Part shown: positions 52,106 through 64,000 of the stretch, one piece after another
Numbering within the stretch: the first letter of the stretch is position 1
Layout: every line of letters starts with the position of its first letter
DNA from: Camelus ferus
Lineage: Eukaryota
Assembly (NCBI RefSeq): GCF_009834535.1
Contig: NC_045707.1
Coordinates: 55,058,001-55,122,000, forward strand
Reading direction: 5' to 3'
Length of the DNA: 64,000 nt
Made by a program: the position numbers and the translations under genes
The notes under the pieces: generated by a model
The model's database searches: none
Told to the model about the DNA's origin: nothing
The model's input: the letters and a program-made list of their open reading frames with translations, nothing else

Positions 52106-55100
52106 CAGTTTCTTGTATGGTCCCCAGATATAAGCATTTTAGCAGAGTTGTTCAGTTTTTATCAAGTATGTTTATGTGGCCAAATGCTTGCTTTTCATGT
52201 ATACATATATCATAATAATACCCAATCACTTCAAGTAATATCAGGATATTGGCGTTCTTTATCCAAGGATAAAATCTTTACTCAGCTACAAAAAATATAA
52301 ATATTGGAAAACAAAATAATTTGTTCAGAACATTGAACAAATAAGTATTCTAGAATAGAGAACAGGTTATGATGGAATAGATAGTAATCAAAGAAGAGAT
52401 AGAATATACTTCCCCTACTGTCTCACTGTCTGAATAACAAGCAAAATCTACAAAATTCAACCTCTCTCAGAAAACATCCTCATATTTTGAGTTTATTTTG
52501 AGAACAAGTAAGGTGACTAAAGCGTATAAGGGGAAAACAAAAAATTTTTAAAAAAATTTCAAAGTGGAATAATGTGAGGGGCTTAACATTAGTTCTAAGT
52601 GATTAAAAAATATATATTTAGTAATAAAGATTTAAGGAAAAAGTACTCCAAGAATTTTAACCAGGTATACATTTATCCTTGTGTAAGAGCAAAAGAGACA
52701 AAATATCAGATATATAAGGATAGAAGAAATAAAAAGTCTTACTTAAAGCAAGAGTTCAGTGTCTCATGCCCTCAAAACTTAGGTGATATATTCTTAAGCT
52801 ATGTATAGAACTTATTCAAATTCAAAAAATTTTCTTATGTGCCTGTCACCTATAACAAAGCAAATAGACAATTACGGAATGTCTGAGTAAAAAAAATTGT
52901 TACTTGAAAACTTACGTATTATTATAAAACTGGTTTTATTTCTTCTATCTCTGGGAGAAAATATTGGGCTTACCTCCCCAACTATACCATACTTACCATT
53001 GTAACTACTAGTTATTTTGGTGAGTAATTATTGTCTATTCAGTATTCAATGGGTTTAATAAAAACTCTTGATTCTAGTAGAATTAAATGAATTTTTAATT
53101 GTCCATCTAGATAGAAACATTTAACTAATATGACTAGTACAGCATCTAGTGTGGTCTAAAACAGGGTTAGAATAGAGTTCTAACTGTTAATGTTAGAGAT
53201 CTACTGCAGTATCCCCTCACCAAGGACAATAATCCCTTCTTCTAAGACATGTTTTTAAGTTCTGTTGCTAAATTAGATATCTAAATTTGTAATCATTTTA
53301 TGCACTTAGCCATGGGTTGAAATTATGCTTAAAAGAAAGCAGATGAGTATTTTTTCAAGTTCTGTTAGTAGCAGACCTCAGTGACAAAATCTTTTGGACA
53401 TTAGAGGAGTAGAAAGAAAGTCAAAACCAGCTAATTGGCATAGTAGCTCTTTTTCAATTTCAGTATGTGAGAATGTTTTATAGGCTTCTTGAAAAAGTGA
53501 AAAATGATGTGCTCATGCTATGATTACACATATCTATCCTGCCCTCAGAAGAAAAGACATGAATAGCTTCTCTTTATCAGATATTATATGCATTACTTTT
53601 ATACTAAAATTAATTGAAAAGATAATACATTAAATATGTAAAAATATATCGATTGAATATCTTTTTTTAGAGCACAACAAATTTATCCCCAACATCTGTC
53701 TGACACATTTATTCAACTTGTTTTTGCTTAGAGGTGGTATTTTCCCATGGTGATAATATCTAATGGGAGTAAAATTCACTAGCCATCGTTAACCACATTT
53801 TGTTGTGTAGTTACTGGAAACTTGCATTGATTTGAACACACCAGCTTGATTTTAACAGTTAAAAAATCAAGTCCCCTAAAATGCTTCAAACCACACTTTA
53901 ATAACTGTGTGTTTGAATAATATAGGAAATTTGACAAAAATCCCATTTTTTCAGTCACCTAAAAAGCCAAAGATACTAAAGAAAGAAAGAATAATAATTC
54001 AGAACTTAGATAAATAAATATGCATATAATTATAAATGTATGCAAAAATTATAAGCTTTTCATTTTATGTAATCAATTAAACTACATTTATTTTCTTAAA
54101 AACATTTCTTTTATGGATGGGTAACATTTATAAACTTGATTATTAATGTTGAGGTGATTTCTTTTTCTTTGCTTAATCAGAAAAGGAGCCAGAATTATTA
54201 GTCAATAGTCACATGTTCATGCACACATATTTTTATAATGTTTGTGTATCATGAAACCTTTATGGCAGGAAAGTTAAGTATCATATTATAACTAGAGCTT
54301 CACTTGAGGTCTCATAACTCACATTGCAGTCCATTAGTCTCAGATAAAGCTTACAATAGCAGACATGATTACTTAAACAGTTCAGGAATATATGATGAAG
54401 CATTATTCAGTCATCTAGTTTAAGTAATCATAAAGATATGCCACAATTTATTACAGTTAGATCAGCCAGTGGATCCTGAAGCACCAGCAAAATCATTTCC
54501 CTTTATATGTATACTCATCTTTATATGTGGAGTCTCATGAAAACAAGAGTTACTGAGAGGAAAACAGACCAAAGGGAAAAAAAGAGATGACATGGATATC
54601 TGCTGCTATTCATGTCAGCTATAATTTAAGATCAGCAAAAAACAGAGTTTGACTTTCTCTTTTCCCCTATGAAGAAGTAAGATGCCAAAACTTCTTAGAA
54701 GTTGGCTTTGATTCATCTGCAGGTGCGAAGAATTGAATGTGAGTAGCCATGGTGATTGAATAAATAAAAAAATAATGTAAAAAAGTATACCTTTGAGATT
54801 TAAAATTTTATATCAGCCAAAATGTGCTGCAATGTTTTTAAGATGTATTTTTTATATCAGAATTAAGGATACAAAAACTTACACATGAAATTATTTGATT
54901 TTACGAAGTAATACTTTATATTTTTGGGGAAATAGTCATACAAAACTTTTTATTTTTCATCATAAAGCTATAAGCTTTTTAATGTGCTTTAAAAATTGTG
55001 TTTTCTGGGAAGCACTTAAATCCACTATCTACATTTATTTTCTAAGTAATGGCTAAGGAATGATGATAGATATTCAAATATTTTCTTCAGAGTGAGCTTA

Positions 55101-56484
55101 CAGACAGTGATTTAAATGCAATGACTGATTTTATAGGAATTGATTTTTATAACCACTTAATCGTCAGGTCAGGTTTATAGAACCTCCGTTTACTACCAAA
55201 TATGAACACATCTAAATTTAAACCATTCTTCCAGTGTTGTTTCCAGTGTAGTTAACCTCTGATTGCCAGAAAATATAATACCTATAATAAGGATTTTCCT
55301 AAACAGTTTACATTAACATGTGACTTTTCCTTCCTATCTAATTTGCTTCCAAATTTTCTCTATACCAGGGAATTTCTTATGGGATATAAACTTCTTTTAT
55401 TATTGTTTATAATTAATAATTTAGATAGTAAATTTGCCAGTCATGATCAGTTCAGATAAGAGAACCCTGCCGTATGCTGAGCAAATGTTTTCAAACACAA
55501 AGGAACATAAGCAAACATAACTTTGTATAGAGGGGAATTTAGCTTTACAATTACCTCTTTTTATTCAAAAGCAATAAAAAAAAAAGTTCTGATAGAAGAA
55601 TAATATAGACAGTAACAGTAATTTTATTGTGTAATTGTTATTAAGTTTATTGACATTTTTATCTAAGCTGAAGTCCTTAAGACTGATGTCTGGCATCCTT
55701 TCACTTGATACTTCTGTAGCGAGGCTTTTGATTGCTAGGTTTCTCATGCTGAAACCAATGACCCTATTAGTATAAATTTAGTATAAATTTTTGCCCTATT
55801 GGTATAAAATTTGCTCTTGCCTGTAGGGTAAGACCACACAAGATGCAGTAGATATTCCAGGCCAGATGTCTATGGAGACTAAAACACATAGCTGTTTACT
55901 TATTTCTCAGCCTTTGATCTTCAAAGCCTGTTACATGACTGGGAACATCGAGGCTGCATAGTCCGTGTTTATTACAGTGTCATCAAATCTTAAAGTCTCG
56001 TTTTGTGGCCACTACAGCTTAACTTATTCCAAGTGTTTTCCATTTCACATGTTCTACTCTTTACCTCTTCTTCAAAGTCTTGACAAAATTCACAGATAAT
56101 TAGCACTTTTGAGGGGGTCCTTTTTTCATGAACCAAGATTTAAATTGATGGAGAATGACAGTAGCTCAGTGAACATACATGCAGGAGGTTCATTTTAAAT
56201 TATGATGTGAACATTTTAAAATTGTGTTCCTTTTTTAATAATATAAATAAAACAATAGTAATTAGTGGTATGGTGTGGTGTGTAATAAAATTGGACTGGG
56301 ATAAATATTAATGTTATGAGGAAAGACTAAAAGGAGTAGAAATAAAATATAAGACATCATATTTAATGAAAATGAAGAGAAATAAGACTTAACTATTAAT
56401 TTTTGTTAGGGTAGATGTGGTCCATTCAGTTGAAAACATTAATTTGAGAGCTTTCTCTATGATGGTCACTGATTTCATGGACTA

Positions 56485-56760
56485 CATTCATCAATTGTTT
56501 ATTGATGATCTATTATGGCCCAAGTACTGCAATAGATATATTGTGGAAAATTGTCAGTCATATTTTTTCTTGGAAGTGTTTATAGTGTACTGAAAAATAA
56601 TTATCAAGGGATTATTACAATACAGTAATAACTGCTGTATTAGAGAGTTATTATGGAAACATACAAATTACTTTTGATTAGACTAAAGGATGAGAAAAGT
56701 TTTTTAGGGTGAGATTTTGCTTAAAATTAGTCTTAAATGGAGAATGCTCTCATTTGAGAG
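56485..56760 (-). mobile_element. L2 3' fragment
   Basis: 'cattcatcaattgtttattgatgatctattatggcccaagtactg'. Confidence 0.65.
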
Positions 56761-57511
56761 AGAAACAGCTGATTCCCAATTATTTATTCTCACATAATCT
56801 ACAGTGAGAACATCTTTTGTCACCTTGCTTCCTTATCTCCCCAGGCCCTTAGGTTTTGATTGTTTGTTTTTTTGTTGTTGGTTTTCTTTTATGTTATGGG
56901 CACATTGAAGGTTTACTGTTATGTTGTTATTGTTGTTGTTATTGTTATATTTCTCCTAAATAGTGAATGTTCGTTTGCTTAAAGTTACTTAAATTTAGGG
57001 ATTGTTAAACTGAATCATTGTTCTCTGATTGGAAAGTATTGTCTCTTCAATAGTAGACGTAGCCATTTCTTAAAAATTTCTTTAAAATAAATAAAAATAC
57101 TTTTACACTCTTTATAGCCTCTAGAATACTTTAAATCAGTACAAACTGGGAGCTGTTCACCTGATAACCTCCTCCTCATCCAGTGCTATTTGTTTTAGAT
57201 TGTTGCAGACGGAAAACCTGAAGGAGAACTCTGGTTAATGTCCAGTGTAGGAGGGTCAAACTTCACCCAAGCCATAGAATTGTAGATTAGTATTCCATAT
57301 TTAATGGATTTCTTTTAACTGTTTGGTTTTTTTAATATCTACTTGTATAAATATTTCAAATTCCTTATAGATTCTGTCAAAATGTTTTCTATTTTTTATA
57401 ATTTTAGTATATTTGTTGCATATACAATTTACCTTTTTATTATATATGATTATTTATTGCTATTGTTATTTTTCTTATATTCTATTCATTATCTAAACTT
57501 TATATATAATA

Positions 57512-57593
57512 GTAGTACCTATAAAATCATCAATTATTATCTCATTTTGATGTAGTACCTATAAAATCATCAATTATTATCTAATTTTGATGT
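57512..57593. repeat. 40-bp tandem duplication, one mismatch
   Basis: gtagtacctataaaatcatcaattattatct(c/a)attttgat present twice. Confidence 0.95.
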
Positions 57594-58869
57594 TTCCATA
57601 TTTTCTGATTTTTCTAAATGGTTTAAGCTAATTTTTACCCTCTTTCCATTTTTATTACTATTCTTGCCTAGCTTGCCAGTCTGTCTATTTTGAAACACAT
57701 TGAAGAAAATGCAAGTTTTACAGATCGTGGGTGTACTTGTGCCTTAATCAAGGAAGAGTTTTATATCCCTTAATGTTTGGTTTTGGATTAGCCTTTTTAG
57801 CTTCATATTGTGATCATCCACACTTAAAAAAGCAAAGCACCATGAAATCAAAGATCCCTCCACTGAACGAATTCTGTTAAAAATCAGTTATTTCTCAGGC
57901 AAAAAATTTTCTCTTGATATCAGATCTATTCAGGTGGCAATCAGATAAATAGCTAAGATGTTACCTCCTGTCAATTCAAATAATTTAGTCCCTATATGAG
58001 GAAACTCATGAATAAAACTTCATGTTCTCTAACTTATGCAAACAAGGTTCTACAGATAAAATTAGATAAATGAATTCACAATAATATTTGTGTTGACACA
58101 GAGATATTTTTGGTAGGGGATAATAGAGAAAAATACAATATAATTTTTAACTAATTTTAACTTGAAACAAGAAAAGTATAATAAAAACCTAAGAATTCCT
58201 GACCTGTCTATAAAAACTCTGTAGAAATTATAATAAAATATCTGTAACCAACCTAGGAAGATTCTTCTCATGGCCTGAATTCAATACACCTTCCTTGTAG
58301 TTACCATTTCTTCATAAATTTCAGGAGGAAGTTTTTCTCTTTCTCTTTTTTCTTTTTTTTAATAATGAGAGCTAGGGGGAATTTGCTTAGTTATAAGTTT
58401 ATTCTCATATTGTTTTAAGATTTGTTCTCCAGTGCTGCATAAATGCCTTATTTCTAAACAAAAAACTATCATCACAACTTACAACACAAACAGGACTGTC
58501 ATTAATCTGCCCAACTGTGTTGAAAAATAAGGATTCTTATTAGAAAAGAAAACCTATGCTGTTTCTCAATTATACATCTCTCTTAAGAAGAAATGTTTTC
58601 TACTGAGGCTGTGTTTGGATGGAGAGATAAAAGTTAAGGGAGAAATCATCACAAAAATTGCCTGACCCAACAGAGTAGTAAAATGTAGTATTCACAGGTA
58701 ATATTGATTATTCATTTATTATGGTAAAAGACTGCTCTGTTGTAGGGTTTTTTTTTTTTTTCTTCTAACAATGATCACCAGCATGGTATAAGCACATAAC
58801 CAGGCTTTATATTTACTCAGAGATGTGTTTTGTTTCAGAATTATGAAAAAAAAAAAGATGTCATATGTA

Positions 58870-59260
58870 GATCTGAAAGAGAACAGTAAAAAAGAATGGG
58901 GCTTGAACTTGAAGAAAAGTAAGCTTCGACAGAAGACAGTACTGGTGAGGACCAGAAAAAGAATCTATAGGTGAAATAGCCTGAGGAATTCCAGGAGTAA
59001 AAAGTAGTCAAACTCAGAGGAATAAGCCTGAAAGAAGCAGGAGTTTTATTAAAGGAAAAGTCATTTTCTTGAAGCTGCCTCGGGGTTGAGGGTGAGATAA
59101 TGTGTGGGCTAGAGGAAATGGATATTCTCAAAGGAAAGCCCACTGGAAGCCAAGGGCAGGAGGTAGAGAGTTTATCAATCATGGAATGATTGGAGTTTCA
59201 GAGGACACAGTGGGAAAATTTGAAAGAGAGAAGAAAGTGTCAATTTAAGTCACTGGAGAG
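58870..59260 (-). mobile_element. probable L2 internal fragment
   Basis: Purine-rich tract with 'ggaatgattggagtttcagaggacacagtg' typical of antisense L2 ORF. Confidence 0.45.
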
Positions 59261-59719
59261 GAAGCTTATAGTATTATGTGTCTATAGCTAATCAATCAAG
59301 GTTTAGATAATATTATCATTTTAGGCATGAAGCTAGGGGACTGAAATAACCCTCATGGTGAGTATTATAGACCAATGAGTGGCTATATATTACATCACAT
59401 TGGTCCTCAGCGTCACACTACTTGCTGAGAAGTGAGTGAATGCCTTCTCCATAGGTCTGATGGCTGTTGCGTGAACAGAGTAAGTCATCACACGAGGTGG
59501 CTGAGAGCAAATAATATAGTTCATCTGGCACTTGCTTCCTTCCCATAAAGCCCTTGAGGTGGGCACAGTGATGGGCACAGAAGCCTGGGCTGGCACTTGC
59601 AGGATTTGCAACTTGTATCACTTCTTACAAGTGTTTTTCTCTGTGTTGCTCTGCTCTAGGGCATTTTCCTTGGAATAAAATATCCAGGGCTCAAATTTTT
59701 CTTCCAAAATGTGTGAGAG

Positions 59720-59992
59720 ATATATAGGTGTATGTATATATACACACATATACATATACATACGTCTTTTTATTGAAGGATATATGTTGTATAAATTTTG
59801 TATCAATTTCTGGTGTACAGCATAATGTTGCAGTCATACATTTACATACATATATTCCTTTTCATATTATTTTTCATTATAGGTTACTACAAGATATTGA
59901 ATATAGTTCCCTGTGCTCTACAGAAGAAACTTGTTGTATATCTATTTTATATATTAATAGTTAGTAACTGCAAATCTCGAACTCCCAATTTA
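59720..59992 (-). mobile_element. camelid-type L1 3' UTR (59767-59992) with a tail-side TA/CA microsatellite
   Basis: Reverse complement of the 14530 copy: 'caatttctggtgtacagcataat', 'acaagatattgaatatagttccctgtgct', 'gcaaatctcgaactcccaattt'. Confidence 0.88.
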
Positions 59993-61044
59993 TATATTTA
60001 AAATATTTCAGCCAGCTGTATTCTACACTTGAAGAGTTTGGATTTGTAAATATAAAAACGTTATTTCTGTGGCTTTTGTCATATTATAAAGAGAACAAAA
60101 AAGAAAGAAAGTGAGTAGGGGCAAAATTGACCTCTTTTGCCTGGTTAAGCAACCAAACTCATGTAATAAAAACTTATTTCATTAATTTAACTTTAATTAA
60201 TACCAATGTATAATGCCCCACTGTTTATGTCTTTTTACAAATGCGTACAGATTGTTTATATATATGGACTAAATTTGACAGCATTATGACCTCTGGCTCT
60301 TCTAGGTTCCAAGTGATTGACAGAATTACTTCTGAAAACTGAAACCTTAGAACTAGAGAAGACATTGTAAAATCTTCTGAGATTGAATGGAAGGAGATTA
60401 TTTCACCATTTGACAATATATTAAACATAGTTACATAAGGAGGACTCTGCTAGAGAATTTCTTTTGTAAACATAATTTAAAATTAATATTCCCAAGGCAC
60501 AATTCTGGGAAATTTTATTAATAACAGCTATTTGTTTGATTACTTAATTGACAATTTCTCATTAACTATTACCAATTCTAAAGTGATTTTCTTCAGATTA
60601 TATGGGAATTTACTTATTTAATTTCCACACTTATCACAAATGTTTCCTAACCCTGTTTTAAAGTGCTGAGATCCTAAACTTAAATAGGGCTAACCTAACT
60701 GTATGTAGCTCTTACTCTACTATTTAGCTGTGAACATAACTTTAAATGATTATCCTTTTTCTACCAGACTATATCATTAACAGATTCAACCAGGTTTATC
60801 TCTTTCTCATATGCGTAGGGTAAAGTGAGACTTGCCAATATCTCAAGTTACTGATTTAAAAGGATTTATCAAGAAGTCACAAATAAAAGATAAGGAAGAG
60901 AACACACACACAGGATGCCTCCTTTTCTGGCTTCTCACCTCATACCTTTCCACTGTAAACATAACATTTATTTTCTTGCTCCTATAATTCTAATGTTTAG
61001 AAGTACTCCACTACCACCAGTTACTAGAATTATTACCTCTAGTG

Positions 61045-61323
61045 CAGTGTTTTTGAAACTGCAATAATGGATTAGAGGATCATGACCCAATAGAGGGGTT
61101 GTGAAATCAATTTAGGAATCAGAACTGAGTAGAATAGGATTGATAATGTGAGTGCATCAAACACAATAGGGATAAGTAATATTTCATGAAACTTTAGTTT
61201 CTGTAATTACTATGAGTGTGTGTGTATGTGTACCTATGTGGGTGTGTCTATGTGTATACTGTTTTGCAAGGTAAGCTGTATTTATAATTCTGGTGCATGT
61301 TCAATAAGCTTCTGAAAACAATG
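61045..61323 (+). mobile_element. MER103C-like hAT-Charlie MITE
   Basis: 'cagtgtttttgaaactgc...gacccaatagaggggttgtgaaatcaatttag...tttcatgaaactttagtttc'. Confidence 0.75.
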
Positions 61324-64000
61324 TCCTGGAAAAGAGATCCTCATCTTTCAGGACTTTATTTTCACAAAACCATGACTATGAGTCTTCGGGTGCTGCCACC
61401 CACCTCTTATAATTACACTATTTTACACCACATTGTAGCCTATAATGTCATGTTGCCTTTATTTCTAGGCTTGCATTTTTTTTTTTTTGATGGGCTGTAT
61501 TACTTTGATAAAACAGACTGACTTGTTCATTCATCTTCACAACCACAATTCTAATTATCTGGTATATTAGACACCTGGGTCATCTTTTTGAATATTTGTA
61601 TAAACCAGTATGTAATTAATTAAAGCAAGCCCAATTTTAAATGAATTAATACTTCTTTAAGTAGATATCAGTTCATATCTTAAAGCTCCAAATAAGATTC
61701 TATAGTTAGAATCTAAGCTTTATTTACCTTTGAGCATAGAAAGTACCCTTCCTGGTACAGTCCTACCAAGTGATATTCCTAAAATGAAGAGATGTTATTA
61801 CTTGTTTGTAAAAAATAGTTTAGATGAAACAGTATTAATTATAATTGTCTGGAAAATTTCCAGCCCCAATTAAACTACAAAATAAAGAAAGGACTCATTT
61901 GAAATGCAGATGTAACATGTCTCTGTCACAGAGTCTGCAAACAAGATTTAGCTACCCGGAAGAAGCCTTTATAATATCATTGCTAATATCTGCTCATGTC
62001 AGGGATCTGCTGTGTTTTCTCAAGAGGTCAGATGCTAACACCAGCAAAGCCGGTTGCCTAGGTCCTACCACACTCATTCAGCCCTTTTGAGGCCCGCTAG
62101 CAATTAGTTTTGTGAACAGAGAGATGATAATTTTTCTTCTGACATTCCTAAACAACTTCTATTTGAGCTGCTTCGTTAATGTTTTCCTTAATTTTACACC
62201 ACAAATCATAATTAACACTTGCATAAAATACATATAAAAACAGGAGAGAAAGTCATCCTGAAAATTCCTGCAGTTAAGTTGGATTGATTTATTGGTATTG
62301 CTGTGACTGTCTCTTTCTAACATGCCCTGATCCAAACAGTGAAATTACTCTCTAATAATATAATTATTTTATTGTGAATAAATAGATATATTTTAAAACA
62401 TATACAATGTCAAGAAACAGTTTTTCCTTTTGGGTATACTATTCACAGGAAAGATGATTTTTCAAAAAATGCCAAGAGGAAAGTATGTCATAGTTTTTTA
62501 ATTTCTTATATGTAGTTTATAGACTTACAATTAAAGAAACAATTGAAATAAGTGATCAATTTTTTTCAAAATAATTATTTAGCTAAAATTTTCAGACAAA
62601 ATTGAGACTAAGTTCATTATGTCATTGCCTATAAATAACCTAATAAACTTCTGTGTAACTACACATATTGCTCAACAATTGTAAGATATTTGGTCATATT
62701 TTTTATTACTTACATGTTATTAACAGTGATAAGTGAATACTTCTCCACTAAATGTGTATACCAAAGAATCCATAATTGGGGAAAAAAATGATTTAATCTT
62801 TTCAGAAAATGGCTTGACATTTAAAATTTATAGTCACAAAATAACCTGTATAATTGCAAACAGTCTTTTACCAAGAGAAGATACTAGTTTCATGTGAGGT
62901 TGAATGATTCTTTTTAGAGCCCTCCTGTTCTTTTTTCTCTTTCTCAAACTGAGATACAACTTTAATCATTATCTCTAGCAAAATAAAATAACTTATTTTT
63001 ACATTTTAGGAACTAGTCGTAGTTCTTTTTTTTTTTAATTCATCCTAAGCACAAAACAACGTTATTCATCTTTCAACCTTAGCTTTCAGCACACATGGAG
63101 AAAAAGAGTGTATGTAAAAATATGTTAATCTTCAGAAGTTAATGCATAAGTATTACAAAAAACTAGCAACTAAGACTTTCACAGTTTTAACTTGGCAACT
63201 AACATTTTATTTATGCAAGTGTTTTATGATAGTTTCTATTATACTGATTCTAAAATAATCTGGAGAACCACACTATGTTATTGTCATTAAGTTCTACTAG
63301 ATCTTACAAAGAATGTCAGCAGCAAAGTATAGCCCAAATGTTTTGTTATTTCAAATATGATCAAACTTAGTAAGTTATGTCATCCTTCTCTTTCATCATT
63401 TTTGTGGCAAATAGTAATTGCCAAATATCAGTTCTACCACAATGTTTGGCAAAATCAAAAGATGATGAATGAAATCACAGTAAGTCATTTAATAAATATA
63501 ACCCAGCTGTACTTCTGAGACAAGAAAGTAATCATCTGTAAGTTACACAAAGAAAGAAATATCTATTTCTCACTGCCAGTTTTGTTAATAGAAATTCAGT
63601 TGCACTATGCATAATTATTAATTTTCTAATCCATTCTCCATACCAAGAAAGAAACTATCTTGATTATAGATTTTATGCTTGATAAATTTGCTTGTGAAAA
63701 ATGCAATCATTTCCCAGTTAATAAAAATTCCAGGAATTATCTTTTCTGGAAGTCTCTAAAACATTACAAAATCAAAAGAGATGAAGCTATAATTATATAA
63801 TTCCAGGATATGATGTCAATTGTGAGGACACAAATAATTAGATCAGTTCCAGAGCCTGTAGTCAAGCCATAGACCTGCTGTATTTATGTGATGTATTTAT
63901 AAGGCCATTCTTGATATTTTCTAATATTAGCAAGAAAATATAATAAAAAATAAGCGTCTGTTGCTAAAGTTGCTAATCAGAGGCAATTAGTAAATGAATG

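Noticed and set aside
54705..54745. 16-nt micro-exon pattern ending in GTGAGT
   Set aside because: Poor polypyrimidine tract and non-triplet length
55565..55747. 60-aa ORF MRNLAIKSLATEVSSERMPDISLKDF...
   Set aside because: Runs into low-complexity sequence and has no supporting splice structure; the region may be an ERV internal fragment, but I cannot name it confidently

Overview
Strongly AT-rich, CpG-depleted placental-mammal genomic DNA, most likely a camelid. The lineage call rests on three young L1 3'-UTR copies of a type I recognise from Camelus/Vicugna and on seeing no Alu, B1/B2, Bov-tA/A2, PRE1 or carnivore SINEs. I can support no protein-coding exon, RNA gene or CRISPR-like array: all listed ORFs are short and fall in repeats or low-complexity sequence. 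The window reads as a gene desert or large intron. It is built from fossil transposable elements (L1 of many ages, L2, CR1/L3, MIR, MaLR/ERV LTRs, hAT and Tigger MITEs) separated by unique stretches, some with enhancer-like motif clusters. I cannot support a new biological system. The best second-look items are a ~200-bp multi-unit palindromic element (49.4 kb), a tandem (TTTCAC)n IRF/PRDM1-type array (28.3 kb), a polyadenylated ERV-LTR retrocopy (6.6 kb), a twin-primed inverted L1 (47 kb), a degraded Gypsy/ERVL-type RNase H remnant (29.4 kb), a duplicated E-box array (19.1 kb) and a CpG-retaining patch (15.3 kb). Repeat names come from recalled consensus similarity, not a database search, and boundaries are approximate.
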